Shown here: positions 53,600 to 64,000 of the stretch, one piece after another
Layout of the letters: each line of letters opens with the position of its first letter
Position numbering within the stretch: position 1 is the first letter of the stretch
Source: Octopus vulgaris
Lineage: Eukaryota
Length of the DNA: 64,000 nucleotides
Reading direction: 5' to 3'
Assembly: GCA_951406725.2 (NCBI GenBank)
Contig: OX597815.1
Span: 20,150,001 to 20,214,000, forward strand
Made by a program: the position numbers and the translations under genes
The notes under the pieces: generated by a model
What the model was told of the DNA's origin: nothing
Seen by the model: the letters and a program-made list of their open reading frames with translations, nothing else
Databases searched by the model: none

Positions 53600-53938
53600 G
53601 TCGCTAATAGAGCGACAAGACATTTTGAGCAACAATAATTACAGGCAACATGATGAGTGAGAATGTATTCATTCCCAGGATACCTCTCATCTCATATGAT
53701 CTCCCCTTTTCAGTTCAAGAGACTGCAGTTCCTTGTCAAACTTAGCTTTGCAATGTCTATCAACAAAGCACAAGACCAATCTCTAAAGGTGGTGGAACTT
53801 AACCTCCTTCAACTTTGCTTCTTACATGGTCAGCTGTATGTTGGATATTCTAGAGTTGGAGATGAAAAGAACCTCTACATTCTCAGTGATAAACATGGCA
53901 AGACAGAAAACACGGTATATGATGAAGCACTCATATGA
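53600..53938 (+). pseudogene. PIF1 helicase extreme C-terminus from a different Helitron lineage
   Basis: FQFKRLQFLVKLSFAMSINKAQDQSL...HGQLYVGYSRVG...TENTVYDEAL*. Confidence 0.88.
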
Positions 53939-54378
53939 ATAGTAGGTCCATGTCGTATACAAAAATGTTACTCCACTTTTCGACTGACAGCATGAATGTA
54001 TATCTATATGTATAAAAGTGAAACAATAACGTGATATATTCGCTATCTTGTGTGTGCGTGTGTATGTGTGTGTGTGTGCGCGCGCGCGTGTACTGTACGC
54101 ACAGCCTTTCATTGTTTATAATCTGTACCTGATTTTTGTTACAAAGTAAGTTAGACAAACATGTACTTACTTTATATACATATATAAGTTGAAAACTTTC
54201 TTTTCACATAAAACTTGACATCTATGTTCCATGCTGGCATGGGTTGCAGAATTATGTAGAAAGTTGGTATCTCAGCTACTAGCTGTTGAGACCTTACGTA
54301 ATCTAGACAGCGTTTCTCAATTTCATTATATATATATACATATATTTATATATATATATATGTATATGTATATATACA

Positions 54379-55802
54379 CTAGCAGAAATACCCGGTATTG
54401 CCCGGGTTAAAGAAAATAAGAAAATTTCAAAAAGTCCTTTAGATCTCTATATCTCTGTCTAACATGAAACATAGGCTACGCAAATCTCACATAGTAACAA
54501 ATCTCACTTAGTAGCAAGTCTCAAAATACCATCTTTATACGTTTCCCAGGTTATTGAAAATAATGAAATTTAGGTATACCTTTTAAATCTCAAAGCGAAA
54601 CATGAATCATGCAGTTCTCAACAGTTATTAGCTAAGGTACCAACTGTATATGTCAATAACATATTTTGTCCGATGTTCTCACAGTTAAAATTGTTTAAAA
54701 AGGCGGATAGTTCTTTGTCTTTGCAAACACCTTCAATTGTCAGTACTTATTTGAAACACGTTGAACCTGGAAATGCATAAATTTGAGAAGAACCGTCCTC
54801 CGAGCGCTCCTCTCTTATCGATAAATACATTTAACAAACATTCTATCAGATGACGAGAGTATAAATGAAATGTATGAATGAAAATATTTTGGGGACTTCC
54901 AACTCGCGAACATCCTACATATAATTGCCCCTGAGAGAAGCAAGGTGAAGTCCAACAACCTTGAGAGACTGTCCTTGGGATTTGCTTATAGCGAGACTTA
55001 GTTTCACTGGGAACTGGAACCATTTAAATTCAAAGGGGAGATCATATGGGATTAACGGGATCGGTGGAATGAAGACGTCCCCACCCTTATAGTTCCCAGT
55101 CATAATTGTTGCCTCTAGGATATAAGGTCGCATCTCTTTCATCCCTAGTCTGATGCCATTGCACAGTCGAGGTGGATTCAGAATCCTGAGCAGCATGATT
55201 TAAGTGGTTTGGAAAAAACTACTGCCTGGTCCTGATCAATGTCAGTGTGGAGGGATTTGAAAGACTGTTCTTGTCCTGCAACATACAAGTATAATTACTC
55301 ACATTGGATTTAAGATAGAAACATCCAGTGTTAATAAGTCGAGTTGCGCCAAGAATAATCACATCGGGTTTAAAATGTGAAATATCAAGTGTTAATAAGG
55401 CGACTTGTTCCAAAAATATCCGAAATATATATTGGAAAATCAATGTGCAATATACAGTACATCCTTCAATGAATTTAGAGAAAGGCATCTATCTCCGTAT
55501 GAAATTTTTTCTCACACACTCACACACTCATATATCTTATATATATAAAACAGACCTTTTGACAATTACGGAAATGAGTCTTTACCTACGTATAAGCAAA
55601 TATAGAGAAAATTATGGTATAGAGTGATCCAGCTGTTTGGCCGTCCATAGAGGACACACACAAATATGTCTTATATATATAAAATAGACCTGTTGACATG
55701 TGAAAAAAGGCCTCTATCTCCGTATGGAATCTATTTACATACACACACTCACTCACACACACACAAACACACACACACACATACACACACACAATAATAT
55801 AT

Positions 55803-55855
<53 letters not shown>

Positions 55856-56441
55856 AAGACCTGTTGACATTTGAAAAAAGGCGTCTATCTCCGTATTAAA
55901 TGCATTTTCACACACACTCACATTAATATATATCTTAACAGACCTGTTGACATGTGAAAGAGAAGCGTGTTTCTCTGTGTAGAATGTATTTACACACACA
56001 TAAATACATATCTTATATATGAAGCAGACCTGCTGTCATTGGAAATTTTCTACAGAAATGAACCTGTACGTACAGATACACAAATAAAAAGCTGGAGAAG
56101 AATATAAAAAATGAAAGTACCTTTAGAATTACTTTTTTAATCAGAAATCGTCACAACTGTAATGATGTATACATACGTTTATGTAAATAGCTGGTTACTT
56201 AGTTACTACGCCAGAACGCCAGACACAGGAAGTTGACATTGAGAAAACGGTTTGAAAAAGTGAAACTTTATTTTATATATAAAGCAATATTATTGATTTT
56301 TAATTAAAAAAATAAATCAAGACCGTATTATTATTTCCCAGGTCAAATTATTCATGTATCACATGTATGGTACAGATTGATCGAGAGGTTTGGCCGTACA
56401 TAGAGGACACACACACCGACAATGTATTTTATATAGTAAGA
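54379..56441 (-). mobile_element. Non-autonomous Helitron with both termini, about 2.06 kb
   Basis: 5' A|TCTTACTATATAAAA. 3' hairpin CCCGG-GCAATA-CCGGG, then CTAG|T. Contains a PIF1 fragment and ~100-bp internal repeats. Confidence 0.88.
54860..55200 (-). pseudogene. Helitron PIF1 helicase fragment
   Basis: MLLRILNPPRLCNG...QFPVKLSLAISKSQGQSL, then CFSQGQLYVGCSRV in a shifted frame. Confidence 0.9.
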
Positions 56442-56885
56442 TATATATAAACAGCTTACTGTAAATAAAACCAAGCGTGCGATGCGTTCCGTTAACTGAT
56501 ATGTTAAAAAGCGTATAGTAAATCCACAGACGAGCGGAAAACAGACACAGAAGGTCCCCAATTTCTCCTTAGTCATCGGCCAGAGAGTGAAACGCAATTT
56601 CGTGCCTTTAACGGTAATGGGACTGAGTACAAGCTGTACAGACTGCACGACTGTACTCTGTCCCATATTCCCGGCTGGTCTTGTCAGGGTCACCAGAAAG
56701 TAATCGACATTATCGTTAAAGGCACGAAATTGTGTTTGCCTCTCAGGCCGATAACTGATGAGGAGTTGGGGACCTTCTGTGTCTGTTTTTCGTTCGTCCG
56801 CGCATTTACTGTTTTCTTAACTTGTAACTTAACATTCTGTGTCTGTTTTTTGTTCGTGCCTCTACTACACGTTTTTTAATACATG

Positions 56886-56920
<35 letters not shown>

Positions 56921-57191
56921 GTGTTTCTATTGTTGTTGCTTTTTTGTTTTTGTTATTATTGGTGTTAATCTTATCTATGTTGTTCATATTGTTGAGGCAG
57001 TTGCTAGTTTCGTTTGGAGTGTGGTTAGTGTTATGAATATTATCTTGGACATTTATGTTGTTCCGGTTATTTGCATAGAGGACTAGGCCTAGGCATTTAA
57101 TTTTTTGCTTATAGCCTGCTTTATCTAATGTGCTATTATAAATTTCTTTATACTTGTTAAAAATATCTTGGTTGGAAGAGAGGCGTGAAAT

Positions 57192-57626
57192 TCTATTCTT
57201 TTATTCTTTTATTCTATGTTTCAGCCTTGAGGCCGCGGCCATGCTGGGACACCGCCAGTACTTCTTTCTTTCAGACTGCGGCCATGCTATAGCACCACAT
57301 TTAGTCGAACAAATCAACGCCAGGACTGTCTTTGTAAACCTAGTATTTATTCTATCGGTCTCTGAGGCCGAACCACTAAGTTACGGGGACGTAAGCACAA
57401 CAACATCATTCGTCAAGCGATGGTGGGGGGACAAACACAGACACACAAACATATACATATATATATATACGACGGGCTTCTTCCAGTTTCCGTCTACCAA
57501 ATCCACTCGCAAGGCTTTGGTGGGCCCGAGTCTATAGTAGAAGACACCCAAGCTGTAACGCAGTGGGACTGAACCTGGAACCTTATGGTTGGTAAGCAAG
57601 CTACTTACCACACAGCCACTCCTGCA

Positions 57627-57629
<3 letters not shown>
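57192..57629 (-). mobile_element. SINE family B with a duplicated 3' segment
   Basis: Matches family B. The GCGGCCATGCT block occurs twice (about 57236 and 57278). Confidence 0.8.
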
Positions 57630-57683
<54 letters not shown>

Positions 57684-57979
57684 AATTAAAAAGACAGAAA
57701 ACAAAAGAAAAAGAAAAAGACTAACGTGGGGGCGTAGCACAAGTAATGAATTAATGTGACGCTCGGTGAAGGAAGAGAGTTGTTGTTTTACGTTTCGAGC
57801 ACAGCCCTCCGTCGGAAACAGAAAAAGCAGGAAGAAGGAGGAAAATCGCCAACAGTCCATATACATGTGTGTGTATTTCTTTTTTTCTTTTCTTTTACTT
57901 GTTTCAGTCATCTGACTGCGGCCATGCTGGAGCACCGCCTCTAACGTGTGCTTGTATGTGTGCTTGTAATTCACATGCT

Positions 57980-58178
57980 TACACATACACACACACACAC
58001 ACATATATACATACATACATACATGCATACATACATACATACATGCATACATACATATATACATACATACATACATACATACAAACATACATACATACAT
58101 GCATACATACATACATACATGCATACATACATATATACATACATACATACATACAAACATACATACATACATACATAT

Positions 58179-58209
<31 letters not shown>

Positions 58210-58488
58210 CATACATACATACAAACATATATATACATACATACATACAAACATACATACATACATACATACATATATACATACATACATACAAACATAC
58301 ATACATACATACATGCATACATACATACATGCATACATACATACATACATACATACATACATACATACATACATACATACATGCATACATACATACATAC
58401 ATACATACATACATACATACATACATACATACATGCATACATACATACATACATACATGCATGCATACATACATACATACATACATAT
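57980..58488. repeat. (TACA)n degenerate microsatellite
   Basis: Seen directly. Confidence 0.95.
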
Positions 58489-58679
58489 AGAGAGATGTGG
58501 AGAAATCAGACTCACCCCATCTCCTTGATTGTCTTCATAAACCTTTTGATATTCAGTTTCTCTTTTCTTCTTAAGATTAATTCTCATTGCAGCTAATGAT
58601 TCTTATGAATACAGTCATATCTGATTAAATATTTTTTTTTTTCAATTAGTCACCTTAAGTAAGGTAGCCTGTACGAAAC

Positions 58680-58801
<122 letters not shown>

Positions 58802-58901
58802 CTGAGTGCGTGTAAGCCTTTTTATTTCGCACTACTGCAGTCATTCACGCTTTGTCGTCCTCCCATGTATATTTTATACATAATTTGTTAAATATTACAT
58901 A

Positions 58902-59288
58902 CAGGAGTGGCTGTGTGGTAAGTAGTTTGTTTACCGACCACATGGTTCCGGGTTCAGTCCCACTGTGTGGCACCTTGGGCAAGTGTCTTCTACTATAGCC
59001 TCGGGCCAACCAAAGCCTTGTGAGTGGGTTTGGTAGACGGAAACTGAAAGAAGCCTGTCGTATATATATATATGTATGTGTTTGTGTGTCTGTGTTTGTC
59101 CCCTTAGTATTGCTTGACAACCGATGCTGGTGTGTTTATGTCCCCGTTACTTAGCAGTTCGGCTAAAGAGACCGATAGAATAAGTACTGGGCTTACAAAA
59201 TAATAAGTCCCGGGGTCGAGTTGCTCGACTAAAAAAGGCGGTGCTCCAGCATGGCCGCAATCAAATGACTGAAACAAGTAAAAGAGTA
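58902..59288 (+). mobile_element. SINE family B, full length
   Basis: High identity to 46330-46736. Confidence 0.88.
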
Positions 59289-59462
59289 TACTTTTAATTT
59301 TTTTTAATCTGCAGACAGTTACAAAAGTGACTCGAGTGCTAACAGTTTCGTGCGTGGGACTAATTGATAAGGCTCGCCCCAAACACATATTCTACCAGTC
59401 ACTCTTGTAACACCCTGCCGTTTAAAAAATTCTCCTGCTTCTCCTATTTGTTCGACCAAATC

Positions 59463-59519
<57 letters not shown>

Positions 59520-59520
59520 C

Positions 59521-59588
<68 letters not shown>

Positions 59589-59708
59589 GTAAAAAATACA
59601 AACTGGGACAAGAACGCAAAACATTTAGAAGACGATACAAAAAATACGGACGGGGCATTCGAAGCCTTTAATCTTCAGTCAAGAACCGGATCATCCTCGC
59701 AATTTCGG

Positions 59709-59778
<70 letters not shown>

Positions 59779-59813
59779 CATATATATACATATATATATA
59801 TACATATATATAT

Positions 59814-59871
<58 letters not shown>

Positions 59872-60314
59872 AAAAATCTATATGCACTGTACATGTATAC
59901 ATTCTTTGTATACAGTCTATGTACGTGTGTGTGTGTGAGTGTAAAATCTTTTACTGTTTTTCGTAGGTGATTCGACTATTTATTTACTTTCATCTATTTG
60001 TTTTATTGACAGATTTCAAAATGAAATTTTAAATAAATATTTATTTTTAAAAATAAAACAAAAAAGCTAAAAAACAGAAATTAAAACAATCTGACGGAGT
60101 AAAAATATCTTTAAAGATTATTGGATTCGAGCATTTCCAAAAAGTTTACAATTCTTCATAAGAATGTCTCTACATTTTCTAAGGTGGTCGACTCAAATTT
60201 TGAGATAGAATTACGAATATAAGCAGACGCTAACAAAGTAACGATGAAGGGGAACATTCTGCGACTAGAAAAATGCATCTCTTCTATTGACCGAATATAA
60301 AGATTGAACATTGT

Positions 60315-61020
<706 letters not shown>

Positions 61021-61673
61021 GTGCATATATGGGTATAATGTATGTACGTATGCGTATACAAGTGTCTGTGTGCACCTAAAAATGTTCGTGAGTGTGAGCG
61101 TACTGGCTAGGCGGCGAGGTAGAAGAAAATGTTGATTGAATAGTAACTTAACAGCGTACTGACTTACATAATCACACTCTTATAGTCTATCAAGTTAAAT
61201 ACGTTCCAATAGAATATATATGCTGATATATATTTTTTCTGTCTGATCTTTTCAAATGAGATTAATGTCGAAATATCTTTAAAGATTCAATACTGAATCA
61301 AAGACCAATATATATAACATTTTGCTTTATTTCATTTCAGATTTTTATCGATTCGGGTTTGCTATAAATTTTTGAGTGATTTAGAAAATGGAAATGAGAA
61401 ATTGCGTGTTCGTATATGAGTGGGGGAAAATCGTTTACCACAGCTAAAGTTTAAAAACATCCCTTCATGTTTTGTTGTCAATAATTTTGTTCTTTAGCCT
61501 CTTCACACTGACTTTAGCATCCTTTTTGCATTCTTCTCCCTCTTATCTTCTTATTCACGTTTCCAATCTTATTTTCTTGTTTTCTCACGTCATTTTTGTT
61601 GCTTGTTTTACCTCGATCTATACAGTTCTTCAGTATGTATGCACATGTATGTTTGCATTATGGATGTGTGTGT

Positions 61674-61725
<52 letters not shown>

Positions 61726-62657
61726 CGCACTCATAATATATGAATTACATACAAGCATACATGTATGCACGCATGCATATTTTTTCATAAAATCAATTGT
61801 CTATTTGAATTAAGTTCAAGATACGTCTCTTTTTATCCCCTGCTTCTTTCTTCACTCTGCCAATACCTTTCTCTCGTCTTTTGTTTCTTACTTCTACGTC
61901 TCGCAGACACACATTGATTCCTGCAACGAAACATAAATACGCTGACCACTACCGTACCTGTTTTAGATACTTATTCTAAAATCGCATTTCTTCACGTCAC
62001 TCACTATCTTCCCTGAACAAAAATTCCAAGTTCTAGGCTCCCAGTTAAAAGAAAGAAAATGTTATCGATTCTATATCATATATTATATCTTTAACCGAAG
62101 CGGTTTTAGTTGATCAATAAACAGAATGTCACATTGTTATCGCTATTGGTTAAGTTTTCTATTTTAAGTCACCAGTTATATGGAATAGAGTTTTCCACGA
62201 AAATCAATGAGCATTTAAGAATTATAAATAATACCTCCAGCTTTTAATGCGTTCATTTGCGTGTTTGAGAGTCGTGCATTTTATTGACTGGTTTCTGCTA
62301 GACACTTTTTTTCCACATTATCTTAAACTTTATATAATCTAAAACTATTAAAGTCTAACATAATGCGAAACTATGGCTAAGCTTCAGGCCTAACTTTGTA
62401 ACTAACTCAACTTTATTTTTAATGATTTAACCGCATCTACTGCCCGATTTAACAACACCATCTCTTGGCCCTTTGGTAATTTTAGTGAAAACTATTCTGT
62501 TGTAAGTAGTTGGTCCAATCTCCAGTGGGAAGATAATTTCCTTTCTTCCTTCTTTCCTTCTTTCTATCAGTCACCGGAGATCCTACAAAATGTCATGGCC
62601 GCTGCCCAACATCCTCTGACTAAACCTGAATAACAGGTCCTCTTCTAAACATGATGA

Positions 62658-63084
62658 GGATCTTTTCAGTTTGAACGGCAGTTCTTTCTAGAGGTGTCAT
62701 ATGAAATTGTCACCCATAACTATGACCCTAGTATCGATCTATTGCATTTCAATCTGTTTTAGGGTTAGGGTTAGGGTTAGGGTTAGGGGTGGGGGAAGGG
62801 TATCTTTTTTTCTTCACAAATGTAAATAAACCCAATCTGTTTCTTAAACGAGGGACATATTCATACGGCACAGAATGTTTTCACCTCAATAGACGTCATT
62901 GATTGGTTGAAATTGCAGAAATTGAAGAAAAAAACAACAAATATCTTACAAACAATAGAATTTTCTCAATAAAGCCAAGAGAAAAAGATGTTTTATAAAC
63001 ACATTCTACCAGTATACCAAGTTTAAAAGTGTTTAGTTACGTGGAAATTATTTTTAAAAACTGCCGTTCAAACCGAAAAGATCC
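62658..63084 (+). mobile_element. MITE with (TTAGGG)5
   Basis: TIRs intact. TSD partly decayed (CATGATGA / CATGATAC). Confidence 0.92.
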
Positions 63085-63799
63085 CATGATACTAATAGTG
63101 GAGCACCAAACTAAAGTATTTATTCGTTTTGTTGCAGATTATTGGAATGTCATGGTTTATGTAGAAATTATTGGCGTGTATTTTATTTTCATTCCATACA
63201 ATCGACAATATTATAACGTTTTTTCGTTATCTCTTACAGAGGTGTAAGCTTTATCAAAACTGTAGCTCTTATCATACGCCTGTTTTTGTTTTTCATTTTT
63301 AATTAGCAATCGTTTGAAATTAAGACTGCTTCAATAAAATCGCTTAGTGTGCAATGATTAGAAGCGAAAATTAAGAAGTTGATAGTATTTACAAATTCGA
63401 GACTTTTTTTTTTTTTTATTTAGCGGAAAAGAAATCTCTCCAGAAACGTGGGTGTTACGTAAATAATACAGTTCGTAATTACATGCTGCTGGTTCTTTTA
63501 TGAATAGATAGATGTGTGGTTCAATGTAGACAAGTTAGAAACTTTAAATCATTCAAACAATTTCAAATAAGAAGCTTTTAATTGTTTGATGGGGTTGATT
63601 TAACAACAGAGAATCAAATGAGTTTACTTTTAAATTAATTATCGATCCGAAAATTACATGAGTGCCAGCTTCAATAATACGTCTATCTAATAATCAACAT
63701 ACTCAAGTCTTTCAATGCATTCTAAGCGTTTTTTTTTCAGTTCCAACTCTTCCCATTGCCTTATCATCTTTCTCTCCATATCTGTCTGTCGATACCTAT

Positions 63800-63853
63800 A
63801 TATATATATAGAGGGAGAGAGGGGGAGAGACAGACAGACAGGCAGATATAGAT

Positions 63854-63884
<31 letters not shown>

Positions 63885-63928
63885 TATAGACAAACAGACA
63901 GACAGATAGAGAGAGAGAGAGAGAAAAC

Positions 63929-64000
<72 letters not shown>
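63800..64000. repeat. (GACA)n(GA)n(GATA)n compound microsatellite
   Basis: Seen directly. Confidence 0.95.

Noticed and set aside
48400-56441. One giant TIR transposon (Polinton/foldback)
   Set aside because: The arms have Helitron TC/CTAG termini, there is no TSD, and the interior has no integrase or polymerase.
62759-62790. Chromosome end or telomere fusion
   Set aside because: The TTAGGG tract is internal to a MITE at a fixed position.

Overview
AT-rich, microsatellite-saturated eukaryotic DNA, not prokaryotic. The repeat content strongly suggests an octopus/cephalopod genome (inference from the SINE types and the TA/GATA/TACA density). Only one convincing intact protein-coding ORF is visible: an intronless, kinase-domain-only NEK-like Ser/Thr kinase (26690-27475, minus). 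The rest is transposon-derived or simple repeats. These include three tRNA-headed SINE families, one forming head+multimer arrays enclosed by a single TSD, and a ~400-bp MITE with GG-terminal TIRs, 8-bp TSDs and an internal variable (TTAGGG)n tract. There is also a decayed full-length Tc1/mariner (maT-like) element, non-autonomous Helitrons with PIF1 helicase remnants, and fragments of Tx1/L1-, R4/Dong- and RTE-clade LINEs. Several Penelope-type minimal hammerhead-ribozyme motifs are present. Most ORFs in the supplied track are microsatellite artefacts. The best leads are the multimeric SINE arrays, a tRNA-head/(AAT)n/hammerhead element, a Tx1 3' end embedded in (TATC)n, and the telomere-repeat-carrying MITE. 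All coordinates were read by eye and may be off by a few bases.
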